From assembly GCA_044370335.1 (NCBI GenBank), contig JBILVS010000002.1, forward strand, positions 2,908 to 66,907: DNA of 64,000 bases, in the 5' to 3' direction. The position numbers were made by a program, and so were the translations under genes. Position 1 is the first letter of the stretch. The number at the start of each line of letters is the position of its first letter. The notes below the pieces were generated by a model. That model saw only the letters and a program-made list of their open reading frames with translations. It did not search any database and had not been told where the DNA came from. This document shows, one piece after another, positions 29,446 to 40,128 of this stretch. The stretch is from Caulobacterales bacterium. GTDB lineage: Bacteria > Pseudomonadota > Alphaproteobacteria > Caulobacterales > Aquidulcibacteraceae.

Positions 29446-31596
29446 ATGAGTTTCGAAGCGATCCTCGTTCTGGCGCCGCTGGTCGGCGCCTTCATCGCCG
29501 GCGTGTTCCAAAAGGCGCTCGGCGACAAGCTCGCCATGGGGATCACCACGGCGCTGGTGGGCCTCTCGGCGGCGCTGTCGCTCTATGTGTTCGTTGACCT
29601 GACCTGGGGCGGTGGCGCAGCGCGCACCATCGAGCTGATGCGCTTCATCGAGATCGGCGCGTTCCAATCGACATGGTCGGTGCGGGTGGATGCGCTGTCG
29701 GCGGTGATGCTTGTGGTGGTCACGAGCGTGTCGTTTTTGGTGCACGTCTATTCGATCGGCTACATGGCCGAAGACCCGCACCGGGCGCGCTTCTTCAGCT
29801 ATCTGAGTTTCTTCACCTTCGCGATGCTCTCGCTGGTGACCGCGAACGATCTGTTGCAGCTCTTCTTCGGCTGGGAAGGGGTAGGGGTCGCATCCTACCT
29901 GCTGATCGGATTCTGGTATCAGAAGCGCTCCGCCAATGACGCCGCCATCAAGGCGTTTGTGACCAACCGGGTCGGCGATTTCGGGTTCGCCCTAGGGATC
30001 ATGGCCTGCTTTCATTTCCTGGGAACGATCCAGTTCTTCCCGACGCATGTCGGCGACGTGGCTTTCTTCAGCGCTGAAGTCGGCGGCGCGCTCGTGGATG
30101 GTGTGCTCCACAATCTCAGCCACATGAGCCTGACGCTTGGCCAATGGGTCATTCCCGCGGCGGAGCTGACCGCGATCCTTCTTTTCATCGGCGCGATGGG
30201 CAAAAGCGCGCAGTTCTTCCTGCACGTCTGGCTTCCCGACGCGATGGAGGGTCCGACGCCGGTGTCGGCGCTCATTCACGCCGCGACCATGGTCACTGCG
30301 GGCGTGGTCATGGTCTGCCGGATGAGCGAGCTGTTTGAGATGGCGCCGAACGCTGCGGCCTTCGTGACGCTGATCGGCGCTGTCACGGCGATCTTTGCGG
30401 CGACCGTTGGTCTTGCGCAGAACGACATCAAGCGGGTCATCGCCTATTCGACGTGTTCGCAGCTGGGTTACATGTTCTTCGCCGCCGGCGTCGGTGCCTA
30501 TGACGCCGCCATGTTTCACCTCTTCACCCACGCCTTCTTCAAGGCGCTGTTGTTCTTAGGCGCAGGCTCGGTGATCCACGGCCTGCATCATGAACAAGAC
30601 ATGCGCTACATGGGCGGGGTCCGCCGGGCGATGCAGTTCACCTGGGCGATGATGCTGATCGGAACGCTGGCCTTGATTGGCACGGGGCTGCCGCTTGAGG
30701 GCTTCAAGATCGGCTTTGCGGGCTTCTACTCAAAGGACGCCGCCATCGAAGCCGCCTATGCGGCGGGCGAAGGCGGCCGGGCATTCGGGATGTTTGCGTT
30801 CTGGATCGGGATCCTCGCGGCGTTCCTGACGAGCTTCTATTCCTGGCGTCTGATGTTCATGACGTTCGAGGGGACATTCCGGCCTAATCCGCACCCGGAG
30901 CATCACCACGACGATCACGCGCACGCAGATGAAGCGCGCGCTGGTCACGGCCATACGGCGCACCCCATGGACGACCACGGCCATGACCATGGTCATGGGC
31001 ATAACCCGGCGCTGCCGGCGGGCACGCCGCCCGCACACGAGAGCCCCTGGGTGATGCTGGGGCCGCTGGCGGTGTTGGCGGTCGGCGCGGTCTTCGCGGG
31101 CTGGTTTTTCTATCCGTACTTCATCGGCTACAAGGCCGATTATTTCTGGGAAGGCGTGATCCACCGCCACGATGCGGAGCACAGTTTCCCAGTTTGGGTG
31201 TTGTGGGCGCCGGTGGTGGTGACGGCGGCGGGCTTCCTGCTTGCGGTGTTGATCTACCTGTTGAACCAGGGTTTTGGCGCCAAAATCGCCAGAGCCGCGG
31301 GGCCGCTGAACGCTTTCCTCGCCCGCAAGTGGTACTTCGACGAGCTCTATGACTTCGTTTTCGTCAAAGGCGCGCGGGCGCTGGGCGATCTCTTCTGGAA
31401 GGGCGGGGACCAGAAACTGATCGATGGGCTGGGGCCAAACGGCGTCGCCAACGCGGCGCGGTTCGGCGGCCGGCAGCTGCGCAAAGCGCAGACGGGTTTT
31501 CTCTATCACTACAGCTTCTTGATGCTGGCGGCGGCGGTGGCCCTGGGCGCATTTGCGATCTGGGCAGGCGGCGGGCTTGAGTTGTTGGGGGGCTGA
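29446..31596 (+). CDS. nuoL: NADH-quinone oxidoreductase subunit L (716 aa, with a His-rich insertion)
   Basis: Antiporter-like core ([53 protein letters not shown]) and a long C-terminal lateral-helix region. Confidence 0.95.
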   Translation: MSFEAILVLAPLVGAFIAGVFQKALGDKLAMGITTALVGLSAALSLYVFVDLTWGGGAARTIELMRFIEIGAFQSTWSVRVDALSAVMLVVVTSVSFLVHVYSIGYMAEDPHRARFFSYLSFFTFAMLSLVTANDLLQLFFGWEGVGVASYLLIGFWYQKRSANDAAIKAFVTNRVGDFGFALGIMACFHFLGTIQFFPTHVGDVAFFSAEVGGALVDGVLHNLSHMSLTLGQWVIPAAELTAILLFIGAMGKSAQFFLHVWLPDAMEGPTPVSALIHAATMVTAGVVMVCRMSELFEMAPNAAAFVTLIGAVTAIFAATVGLAQNDIKRVIAYSTCSQLGYMFFAAGVGAYDAAMFHLFTHAFFKALLFLGAGSVIHGLHHEQDMRYMGGVRRAMQFTWAMMLIGTLALIGTGLPLEGFKIGFAGFYSKDAAIEAAYAAGEGGRAFGMFAFWIGILAAFLTSFYSWRLMFMTFEGTFRPNPHPEHHHDDHAHADEARAGHGHTAHPMDDHGHDHGHGHNPALPAGTPPAHESPWVMLGPLAVLAVGAVFAGWFFYPYFIGYKADYFWEGVIHRHDAEHSFPVWVLWAPVVVTAAGFLLAVLIYLLNQGFGAKIARAAGPLNAFLARKWYFDELYDFVFVKGARALGDLFWKGGDQKLIDGLGPNGVANAARFGGRQLRKAQTGFLYHYSFLMLAAAVALGAFAIWAGGGLELLGG

Positions 31597-31601
31597 TTGC
31601 T

Positions 31602-33113
31602 GTGACCGGGATTCCGTGGCTTTCGATTTTGATCTTTCTGCCGATGGCGGGCGCGGCCTTGATTATGGCGGCCCGGGCGATGGCGGGTCCGGCGGGTCCT
31701 GGCGTGGACCGCGGCGTCAAGATCATGGCGCTGTTGATCTCGCTGGCGACGCTGGTGGTTGCAATCGTGGCGCTCATGCAGTTCGACGCCTCTAACCCGG
31801 CCTTCCAACTGGTCGAGAGGGCGCCGTGGGCCTTTGGACTTGAGTACCATGTAGGCGTTGATGCCCTTGCGCTCTCGCTCGTGTTGTTGACCGCAGCCAT
31901 TACGCCGATCTGCATCCTTGGCAGCTGGACGATCGATAAGCAGGTCTCATCCTACATGATCCTGTTCCTGGTGCTCGAAACGCTAATGATCGGCGTATTC
32001 TGCGCGCTGGACATTGTTCTGTTCTATCTCTTCTTCGAAGGCGCACTTATCCCGATGTTCATCCTTATCGGGGTGTGGGGCGGCAAGAACCGCGTCTATG
32101 CAGCCTTCAAGTTCTTCCTTTATACGCTGTTCGGCTCGCTCCTGATGCTGGTCGCGATCGTGTGGATGATCCTCGAAGCGGGGACGTCGTCGATCCCGGA
32201 GCTGATGACGCACCCCTTCGCCGAGAATGCGCAGACTTGGCTCTGGCTTGCTTTCTTCGCCTCGTTTGCGGTGAAGATGCCTATGTTCCCGGTGCACACA
32301 TGGCTGCCGGACGCCCACGTGGAGGCCCCGACCGCAGGCTCGGTCGTGCTGGCCTCGATCCTTCTGAAGATGGGCGGCTACGGCTTCCTGCGTTTCTCGT
32401 TGCCGATGTTCCCCGACGCCTCGCAGCTTTTTGCCCCGATGGTGTTTGCGTTGTCGGTGATTGCTATCGTCTATGCTTCTTTGGTCGCCTTCCGGCAGAC
32501 CGACATCAAGAAGCTGATCGCTTATTCCTCCGTCGCCCACATGGGCTTTGTGACGATGGGGATCTTTTCGGGCACTGAAATCGGCATTCAGGGCGCGATC
32601 TTTCAGATGCTGTCGCACGGGGTGATCTCTGGGGCGCTCTTCCTCTGCGTGGGTGTGATCTATGACCGTATGCACACCCGCGAGATCGCGTTCTATGGCG
32701 GCCTTGTGAATCGGATGCCGGTTTATGCGGCCATTTTCATCCTCTTCACGATGGGCAATGTGGGGTTGCCGGGCACGTCCGGCTTCCCGGGCGAAATCAC
32801 CACCATGACCGGGGCGTTCCTGGTCAATCCGCTGGTGGCGGCGGGCGCAGCATTGGGGGTGATCTTCTCTGCCGCTTACGCCCTCACCTTGGCCCGCAAA
32901 GTGATCTACGGCACGATCGAAAACCCAAAGCTCGCCGAAATCACCGACATGGATAGCCGCGAGTGGGTGCTTTTCGCGCCGCTCGTCGTCGCCACCCTGG
33001 TCCTGGGACTCGCCCCCTGGATCGCCTTCGATTTCACCGAGGCCAGCGCCCAGTCCATCGCGCAGGCCTATGAGGCGGCCACCGCCTCCCTCACGGCGGG
33101 AGCGCACCCGTGA
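31602..33113 (+). CDS. nuoM: NADH-quinone oxidoreductase subunit M
   Basis: [53 protein letters not shown] start. Confidence 0.95.
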   Translation: MTGIPWLSILIFLPMAGAALIMAARAMAGPAGPGVDRGVKIMALLISLATLVVAIVALMQFDASNPAFQLVERAPWAFGLEYHVGVDALALSLVLLTAAITPICILGSWTIDKQVSSYMILFLVLETLMIGVFCALDIVLFYLFFEGALIPMFILIGVWGGKNRVYAAFKFFLYTLFGSLLMLVAIVWMILEAGTSSIPELMTHPFAENAQTWLWLAFFASFAVKMPMFPVHTWLPDAHVEAPTAGSVVLASILLKMGGYGFLRFSLPMFPDASQLFAPMVFALSVIAIVYASLVAFRQTDIKKLIAYSSVAHMGFVTMGIFSGTEIGIQGAIFQMLSHGVISGALFLCVGVIYDRMHTREIAFYGGLVNRMPVYAAIFILFTMGNVGLPGTSGFPGEITTMTGAFLVNPLVAAGAALGVIFSAAYALTLARKVIYGTIENPKLAEITDMDSREWVLFAPLVVATLVLGLAPWIAFDFTEASAQSIAQAYEAATASLTAGAHP

Positions 33114-34555
33114 CTTATGTCGATCTTCTGTTCAGCCTGAGTTGGGTGCAATCGGAGCTGCTGTTGGCGGGATTTGCGCTCGTGGGAACCCTCCTTGGCG
33201 CGCTTCTTGGCAACCGGTCGACGGGTCTGTTGACAGGCGCAGGCGTCGCGACCCTGCTCGCCGCTGGCACGCTCGCCCTGTTGCACCGGCCGGATATCCC
33301 GCAGGACATCTTTGCGGGTGCGATGAGCATCGACGCCTTCGGCGCATTCGCCAAAGCGATCATCGCTTTTGCCGCCGCCGCCACGCTTGTGCTCGGGGCG
33401 GATCACTTCAACCGGTTGCAGGACCGACAATTCGAGTTCCCCCTCATCACGGTCGCCGCCGTGTTGGGCATGTTCGTGATGGTGTCGGCCAACGATCTGA
33501 TCGCGCTTTATGTGGGCGTTGAGCTGCAGAGCTTGGCGGCCTACGTGCTCGCGGCTTGGCGGCGGGACGATGCGCGGTCATCGGAAGCAGGGCTCAAGTA
33601 TTTCGTGCTTGGGGCGCTGTCGTCGGGCCTGCTGCTCTTCGGCTGTTCTTATGTGTACGGTTTTGCGGGCTCCGTTCAGTTCGACGCCATCGCGGCCGCC
33701 GCGGCCGAACCGGGGATCGGGCTCATCTTCGGCTTGGTCATGGTGCTCGCGGGCCTCGCTTTCAAAATGGGCGCGGCGCCCTTCCACATGTGGACGCCGG
33801 ATGTCTATGAGGGCGCGCCCACGCCGGTGACCGCGCTTTTTGCCGCCGCTCCGAAGGTGGCGGCCGTCGTTCTGATGGCGCGAATGCTCTATGAGCCCTT
33901 TGCTGGCATGGAGCAGGAGTGGCAGCAGGTGATCGCTGTGCTCGCGGGCGCTTCGATGCTGGTGGGGGCGTTTGCGGGCTTGGTGCAGACCAACCTGAAG
34001 CGGCTGATGGCCTATTCCTCCATCGCCAACATGGGCTTTGTGCTGATGGCTCTGGCGGCGGGTGCGCCGGAGGGGGCGCAAGCTGCGCTCATCTACCTTG
34101 CGGTCTATCTTCCGGCGACGATCGGCGTGTTCGCCGTGATGATGGCGCTGCGCCAGCGCGGCGAGGCGATCGAGACGATCAGCGATCTCGCGGGCGTCGG
34201 CCAGAGACATGTAGGCTATGCGGCGCTCCTGACGATCCTGTTCTTCTCGCTTGCGGGCATCCCGCCCCTCGCGGGATTCTGGGGCAAGTTTGAGGCCTTC
34301 CACGCGACGCTTGGCGCGGGTTTGGCGCCGCTCGCCGTGGTGGGCGCTATCGCGGCGGTGGTGGCCGCCGGCTATTATCTCCGCGTGCTGGCCACGGTGT
34401 GGTTCAGCCCCGCCGCTGAGAGCGACGTCCGGCCCGGCAGCGGCGTCGCCGCAACCGTGGCGATCCTGGGGGCGGCCTTGTCTTTCCCGGTGCTGCTTGT
34501 GTTGATGACCGGCTTGGAGCAGGTGGCGGACGCGGCGGTCCGGGCCAGCTTCTGA
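33110..34555 (+). CDS. nuoN: NADH-quinone oxidoreductase subunit N
   Basis: [44 protein letters not shown] overlap with the nuoM stop codon. Confidence 0.95.
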   Translation: MTYVDLLFSLSWVQSELLLAGFALVGTLLGALLGNRSTGLLTGAGVATLLAAGTLALLHRPDIPQDIFAGAMSIDAFGAFAKAIIAFAAAATLVLGADHFNRLQDRQFEFPLITVAAVLGMFVMVSANDLIALYVGVELQSLAAYVLAAWRRDDARSSEAGLKYFVLGALSSGLLLFGCSYVYGFAGSVQFDAIAAAAAEPGIGLIFGLVMVLAGLAFKMGAAPFHMWTPDVYEGAPTPVTALFAAAPKVAAVVLMARMLYEPFAGMEQEWQQVIAVLAGASMLVGAFAGLVQTNLKRLMAYSSIANMGFVLMALAAGAPEGAQAALIYLAVYLPATIGVFAVMMALRQRGEAIETISDLAGVGQRHVGYAALLTILFFSLAGIPPLAGFWGKFEAFHATLGAGLAPLAVVGAIAAVVAAGYYLRVLATVWFSPAAESDVRPGSGVAATVAILGAALSFPVLLVLMTGLEQVADAAVRASF

Positions 34556-34568
34556 AGGCGCAACGGCT

Positions 34569-35294
34569 TTGCTGACGCCGCCGCGGGTCTTTGATGTGGT
34601 GGAGGAGATCGATTCCACCAATGCCGAGGCCTTCCGCCGGATCGAGGCTGGCGACCACGGCCCCGGCGTGGTTTTGGGCTTGAGCCAAACCGGCGGCCGT
34701 GGCCGCCGCGGCCGGCGCTGGGAAAGCGCCAAAGGCGGGCTTTATTTCACCTATTACGCGACCACCATGGCCCCACTCCGGACGCTGTCGCTGGTGGGAT
34801 TTGTGGCGGCTCTTGCAGTGGCGGACGTTGTCCGTGACGCCGGCGCGGAAATGGTGCGCCTCAAATGGCCCAATGATGTGCTGTTGGATGGAGCGAAGCT
34901 TTCGGGGATCCTCTTGGAATCGAGCGCGATGCCGGGCGGGGGCGCCTGGTTCGCTTTGGGGATCGGGATCAACCTGGCCGCGGCGCCGCAAGGCCTGGAC
35001 CAGGCGACCGCGGGGCTCAACCGGGCCATGACCCCGGAAGAGGGGGCTCAGCGCCTGATGGCCAGGCTTGTCCATTGGGGCGACCGGCTTGAAGCCGAGG
35101 GCTTTGAGCCGCTCCGCCAAGCTTGGCTGTCCCAAGCCCATGGGCTCGGCGAGGCCGTCAACGCCGCGGCCGGCGCGGGCCGGGTTGAGGGCGCGTTTGT
35201 CGATCTCGACGCCGATGGAGCGCTTCTGCTGGACACACCCACCGGCCGCATGCGCATTACGGCGGGGGAAGTGTTTTTCCCGGGGCGCGCTTAG
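34569..35294 (+). CDS. birA: Biotin--[acetyl-CoA-carboxylase] ligase (no N-terminal HTH)
   Basis: [45 protein letters not shown] start is inferred. Confidence 0.85.
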   Translation: MLTPPRVFDVVEEIDSTNAEAFRRIEAGDHGPGVVLGLSQTGGRGRRGRRWESAKGGLYFTYYATTMAPLRTLSLVGFVAALAVADVVRDAGAEMVRLKWPNDVLLDGAKLSGILLESSAMPGGGAWFALGIGINLAAAPQGLDQATAGLNRAMTPEEGAQRLMARLVHWGDRLEAEGFEPLRQAWLSQAHGLGEAVNAAAGAGRVEGAFVDLDADGALLLDTPTGRMRITAGEVFFPGRA

Positions 35295-35322
35295 GCCCGG
35301 TCGCAACAAGGGATTTCGGCCT

Positions 35323-36126
35323 ATGCTCTTGGCCATCGACGTCGGCAACACCAACACCAAGTTCGCGATCTATGACGGTGCGACCTGGCGCGGGCATTGG
35401 CGCGCCTCCACAGACGCCGCCCGCACCGCGGACGAATACGCGGTGTGGCTTTCCACCGTGATGGGCTTTCAGGGCCTGAGTTTCGACCGCTTGAAGGCCT
35501 GCATCATCTCGACCGTGGTGCCGCAGGCGCTGTTTAATCTACGCAATTTGGCCCGTCGCTATGTGAAGGTGGAGCCGCATGTCGTCGGCGAGCCGGATTG
35601 CCAGCTTGGCATCGCGCTGCGGATCGACAATCCGCGGGAAGCGGGCGCCGACCGGCTGGTGAACGCGGTCGGGGCCTATGTCGCCCACGGCGGCCCGATC
35701 ATCGTGATCGACAGCGGCACAGCGACCACCTTTGACGTGGTGGCCGCTGATGGAGGTCTTGAAGGTGTGATCATCGCCCCTGGCATCAATTTGTCGCTGC
35801 AGGCGTTGCACATGGCCGCGGCGCGCCTGCCACGGGTGGAGATCAAGCGGCCGATCACCAATGACGGCCGCGTCACCGCGTTGGGTAAGAACACCATCCA
35901 CGCGATGCAGTCCGGCGTGTTTTGGGGCTATGTGGAGCTGATCGACGGGCTCGCTCGGCGGCTCAAATCCGAAATGGAGCCGTCTTTGGGGGCCATGCGC
36001 GTGGTCGCCACGGGCGGGGTGGCCTCGCTCTTTGAAGGGGCATGTCAATCCATCGATATCTATGACGACGATCTGACGGCCCGAGGCCTTCTGGAAATCT
36101 TCCGACGCAATGGCGGGATCCTTTGA
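35323..36126 (+). CDS. coaX: Type III pantothenate kinase
   Basis: [41 protein letters not shown]. Start at ATG 35323. Confidence 0.9.
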   Translation: MLLAIDVGNTNTKFAIYDGATWRGHWRASTDAARTADEYAVWLSTVMGFQGLSFDRLKACIISTVVPQALFNLRNLARRYVKVEPHVVGEPDCQLGIALRIDNPREAGADRLVNAVGAYVAHGGPIIVIDSGTATTFDVVAADGGLEGVIIAPGINLSLQALHMAAARLPRVEIKRPITNDGRVTALGKNTIHAMQSGVFWGYVELIDGLARRLKSEMEPSLGAMRVVATGGVASLFEGACQSIDIYDDDLTARGLLEIFRRNGGIL

Positions 36127-37808
36127 TGACAAAGCCTCAACAAGGCGACGAACTGGTGTTTTTGCCCCTCGGGGGCTCCGATGAAATCGGCATGAACTTG
36201 AACGCCTACGGCTATGGTCCGCCGGACGATCGGCGTTGGATCATCGTCGATATCGGGGTTTCGTTCGGTGGGCAGGACACGCCGGGCGTAGACGTGATCC
36301 TGCCGGACCCGACGTTCCTGGAAGAGGAGCGGGACAACATCCTCGCCATTGTGCTCACGCACGCGCACGAAGACCACATCGGCGCCATCGGTTGGCTGTG
36401 GCCGCGGCTGAAAGCGCCGGTTTACGCCACACCCTTCACCGCCGCTTTGGTGCGGGAGAAGCTGCGCGAGCATAATCTTCTTGATCGGGTGAAGCTCCAC
36501 GAGGTGAGCCTCAACGCCTATCTCCAGCTGGGGCCGTTCGGCGTTGAATACGTGACGCTCACCCACTCCATCCCGGAGCCCAATGGGCTCGCGATCCGGA
36601 CACCGCTGGGCCTCGTCTTCCACACCGGCGACTGGAAGATCGACGAAGCCCCCCAGATCGGCGCCCAGACCGACACCGCCAAGATCAAGGGCCTTGCTGA
36701 CGAAGGCGTCTTGGCCATGGTCTGCGACAGCACGAACGTTTTCGTGGAGGGCCGGGCCGGCTCCGAAGCGGACGTTCGCGACACCCTGAAGGCCGCCATC
36801 CAGAGCGTTCGCGGTAAAGTGGCGGTGACGGCGTTCGCCTCAAACGTAGCGCGGCTGCAGACCACCATCGAGGTGGCGAAAGAGTGCGGCCGCAACGTGT
36901 GCCTGGTGGGCCGTTCGATGAAAAAGGTCACGGGCGCGGCCCAAAGCGTGGGGCTTCTGCAGGGCATACCGCCCTTCATGACCGAAGAGCAGGCCGCGGG
37001 CCTGCCGCCCGAAAACGTTCTCTATCTCTGCACTGGCAGCCAGGGCGAAGCCCGAGCGGCGCTCGCGCGGATCGCGGCGGGCGACCACCGTTATGTCAGC
37101 CTTGGGCAAGGGGATGCGGTGCTGTTCTCATCCCGGATGATCCCCGGCAATGAACTTGCGATCACGGCGCTTCAGAATACGCTGGCCCGCCGCGGCGTGC
37201 GCATCATCACCGACCGGGATGAGCATATCCATGTCTCCGGCCACCCCTGCCGGGACGAACTCAAGGACATGTACGGCTGGGCCCGGCCGCAGATCGCGGT
37301 GCCCGTCCATGGCGAACGGCGCCACATCCTGGAGCACGCGGCTTTCGCCAAGAGTCTGCAGGTGCCAATGACGATCGCGCCGCACAACGGGGCCATGATC
37401 CGGCTGGCGCCCGGCGCCCCCGAGATCATCGACGAGACTCCGGCGGGACGGCTCTATGTCGATGGCGGCGTGATCGTTGAGGCCGATAACGATGCGTTGA
37501 AGGAGCGCAAGCGCATTGCGGAGGAGGGGTTTGTGTCAGTCTCTCTCGCCATCGCGGCCAAGAAGCATACCATCCTGGCCGGGCCAGCTGTGCGGACGCG
37601 TGGGCTGTCAATCGCGGACGAGGAAGAGTTCGACCTCGCTCTCGACGATTTGGCCGAAGCTGCGGAAGCCGCCTTTCAACGCCTGCCGCATAGCGAGCGC
37701 GGCGACGAGGACGTGACCGAAGCCGCGATCGTGCGGGCGGTGCGCAAAGCGGCGGAGCGGGCGTTCAAGAAGCGGCCGCTGGTGGAAGTGACCGTCTTGC
37801 GGGTGTGA
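36126..37808 (+). CDS. rnj: Ribonuclease J (metallo-beta-lactamase / beta-CASP)
   Basis: THAHEDHIGA motif, HTGDWK, VSGHPCRDEL, about 560 aa. The start overlaps the coaX stop codon (TGATG). Confidence 0.85.
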   Translation: MTKPQQGDELVFLPLGGSDEIGMNLNAYGYGPPDDRRWIIVDIGVSFGGQDTPGVDVILPDPTFLEEERDNILAIVLTHAHEDHIGAIGWLWPRLKAPVYATPFTAALVREKLREHNLLDRVKLHEVSLNAYLQLGPFGVEYVTLTHSIPEPNGLAIRTPLGLVFHTGDWKIDEAPQIGAQTDTAKIKGLADEGVLAMVCDSTNVFVEGRAGSEADVRDTLKAAIQSVRGKVAVTAFASNVARLQTTIEVAKECGRNVCLVGRSMKKVTGAAQSVGLLQGIPPFMTEEQAAGLPPENVLYLCTGSQGEARAALARIAAGDHRYVSLGQGDAVLFSSRMIPGNELAITALQNTLARRGVRIITDRDEHIHVSGHPCRDELKDMYGWARPQIAVPVHGERRHILEHAAFAKSLQVPMTIAPHNGAMIRLAPGAPEIIDETPAGRLYVDGGVIVEADNDALKERKRIAEEGFVSVSLAIAAKKHTILAGPAVRTRGLSIADEEEFDLALDDLAEAAEAAFQRLPHSERGDEDVTEAAIVRAVRKAAERAFKKRPLVEVTVLRV

Positions 37809-37821
37809 GGAGAGAAGCGCG

Positions 37822-38250
37822 ATGCAGATCGGACGGCTCAATCATGTGGGCGTGGCGGTGCCCTCGATCGAAGCGGCGAAAGAGACCTACCGCACGCTTT
37901 ACGGGGTGCCTGAAAGCGACATCACTCACACCTGGGACATGCCCGCGCAAGGGGTGCGCGTGGCGTTCGTGAATGTGGCAAACAGCCAGATCGAGCTCAT
38001 CGAGCCCTTGGGCGAACACAGCCCTATTTTGAAGTTCCTGGAGAAAAATCCCACCGGCGGCCAACACCACTTATGCTTTGAAGTGCCCGACATCCATATC
38101 GCCGCCGCCGAGATGAAAGCCCGCGGGGCCACTGTTTTGGGCGAGCCGCGCCTCGGGGCCCACGGCACGCCGGTGATTTTCGTCCATCCGAAAAACTCCA
38201 ACGGCGTTCTCATCGAACTGATGGAAACCCCTAGGGAAGGGGCGCACTGA
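37822..38250 (+). CDS. mce: Methylmalonyl-CoA epimerase (VOC family)
   Basis: LNHVGVAVPSIEAAKETY...VAFVNVANSQIELIEPLG..SPI..FL.KNPTGGQHHLCFEV.DI...GVLIELME. Confidence 0.75.
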   Translation: MQIGRLNHVGVAVPSIEAAKETYRTLYGVPESDITHTWDMPAQGVRVAFVNVANSQIELIEPLGEHSPILKFLEKNPTGGQHHLCFEVPDIHIAAAEMKARGATVLGEPRLGAHGTPVIFVHPKNSNGVLIELMETPREGAH

Positions 38251-38495
38251 TGGACCCGGTGATTACGGGGGCGGTATTCATCATCGCCTGGTGGCTCAGC
38301 TTCTTCATGATGCTGCCGATCGGGGTGAAGAACCTCGATGAGGCCGGCGAGACCGGTGGCTTCGGCCAGGAGCGAGCCGCCCCGGTGCGGCCCGACCTCG
38401 GCAAGAAGGCGCTCTGGGCGGTGGCGCTGGCCGCCGTGCTGACTGCGATCGTCTATGCGCTCGTGTCCATCGACGCCTTCGGCTTGCGCAGGTAG
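38250..38495 (+). CDS. DUF1467-family small membrane protein
   Basis: 81 aa: ITGAVFIIAWWLSFFMMLPIGV...ERAAPVRPDLGKKALWA. It matches my recollection of DUF1467 and its usual position after mce in alphaproteobacteria. Confidence 0.65.
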   Translation: MDPVITGAVFIIAWWLSFFMMLPIGVKNLDEAGETGGFGQERAAPVRPDLGKKALWAVALAAVLTAIVYALVSIDAFGLRR

Positions 38496-38556
38496 CGCCG
38501 TTGCGCGCGGGGCGGGGAGGGGCTAATCGCTGTCGCCTCTCCTTAGAGGTGTGTGC

Positions 38557-40095
38557 ATGACCCGCGCATTGTCCGTTACGCGCGCCGAAAACTTTCCCGA
38601 CTGGTATCAAGCCATCGTCAAAGAGGCTGATCTCGCCGAGAACAGCCCCACCCGCGGCTGCATGATTATCAAGCCGTGGGGCTATGGCATGTGGGAGATG
38701 ATCCAGGCGCAGATGGATCAGATGATCAAAGACACAGGCCACGACAATTACTATTTCCCGCTTTTGATCCCGATTGGGTTCATCGCGAAGGAAGCCGACC
38801 ATGTGGACGGCTTCGCCAAGGAAATGGCGGTCGTCACGCACCACCGGCTCAAGCAGATCGACGGTGAGTTGAAGCCCGATCCTGAGGCCGAGCTGGCCGA
38901 GCCGATGATCATTCGGCCGACATCGGAGACTATCATCGGCGACGCGTTTTCGCGCTGGGTGAAAAGCTATCGCGACCTTCCCGTGCTCATGAACCAGTGG
39001 GCTAACGTGATGCGCTGGGAGATGCGCACGCGGCTGTTCCTGCGCACGGCGGAGTTCCTCTGGCAGGAGGGCCATACCGCCCACGTCGACGCCGCAGACG
39101 CCAAAGACCACACGCTGCGGATGTTGGAGGTGTATCGGACCTTCGCCGAAGAGGTCCTGGCGATGCCTGTCATCGCAGGGGAGAAGCCTGAGAACGAGCG
39201 CTTCCCCGGCGCCGATCAGACTTTCTCCATCGAGGCGATGATGCAGGATGGCAAAGCCCTGCAGGCCGGCACGAGCCATTATCTCGGCACGCATTTTTCC
39301 TCGGCGCAGAATATCCGCTACCAGGACAAAGCCGGCCAGATGCAGCTGGCGCACACCACAAGCTGGGGCACGTCCACCCGCCTCATCGGCGGCGTAATTA
39401 TGACCCATGGCGACGACGACGGCCTGAAGACCCCGCCCGCCATTGCGCCAAAGCAGATCGTGATCATCCCGATCCTGCGCGATAAGCCCGAGGACGCGGA
39501 CGTTCTGGCCTATGCCCATGATCTCGCGGCCGAGCTCAAAGCCGCGCGCTACATGGAGCGGCGGGTGCGGGCGCATGTCGACGACAAGCCCGGCAAATCC
39601 GCCGACAAGCGCTGGGATTGGGTCCGCCGAGGAGCGCCGCTCATTTTAGAGATTGGCCCAAGGGACGCCGCCAACGGGCAGGTCAGCTTCATGCGCCGCG
39701 ACGCCCTGCGCGAGGGCGACAAAACCAAAAGCCATCAGCTGTCGCGAGCGGATTTTCTAGCCCAGGCGCCTGCCGTGTTGGCCGATATCCAGGCCAGCCT
39801 TTACGCGGAAGCCAAGGCGCGCCTCTCGGGCAACATCAAGACCGACGTCACGACGTTTGCCGAGCTCGAAGCCTATTTCGGCGCCGCCGAAGACGAGGAC
39901 AGTGGCTTCAGAGGTTGGGTGCTTGCGCCCTGGTCCAAGCCCACAGGGGCGGCTCTTGAGGCCATCGACAAACGCCTCAAAACTTTGAAACTGACCTTAC
40001 GCAACGCGCCCCTCGATCAACCCCCGATCACTGGGTCTTGCGTCTTTACCGGCGCGCCCGCGGTCGAATCCGTGCTGATTGCCAGGGCGTACTGA
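38557..40095 (+). CDS. proS: Proline--tRNA ligase (archaeal/eukaryote-like type)
   Basis: FPDWYQAIVKEADLAENSPTRGCMIIKPWGYGMWE, class-II motifs (FLRTAEFLWQEGHTAH, GTSHYLG), C-terminal ...ARAY*. Start at ATG 38557 after agaggtg. Confidence 0.9.
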   Translation: MTRALSVTRAENFPDWYQAIVKEADLAENSPTRGCMIIKPWGYGMWEMIQAQMDQMIKDTGHDNYYFPLLIPIGFIAKEADHVDGFAKEMAVVTHHRLKQIDGELKPDPEAELAEPMIIRPTSETIIGDAFSRWVKSYRDLPVLMNQWANVMRWEMRTRLFLRTAEFLWQEGHTAHVDAADAKDHTLRMLEVYRTFAEEVLAMPVIAGEKPENERFPGADQTFSIEAMMQDGKALQAGTSHYLGTHFSSAQNIRYQDKAGQMQLAHTTSWGTSTRLIGGVIMTHGDDDGLKTPPAIAPKQIVIIPILRDKPEDADVLAYAHDLAAELKAARYMERRVRAHVDDKPGKSADKRWDWVRRGAPLILEIGPRDAANGQVSFMRRDALREGDKTKSHQLSRADFLAQAPAVLADIQASLYAEAKARLSGNIKTDVTTFAELEAYFGAAEDEDSGFRGWVLAPWSKPTGAALEAIDKRLKTLKLTLRNAPLDQPPITGSCVFTGAPAVESVLIARAY

Positions 40096-40128
40096 CCAAA
40101 GATCTGAGCCAACCCAAAGGGAGCCCCA

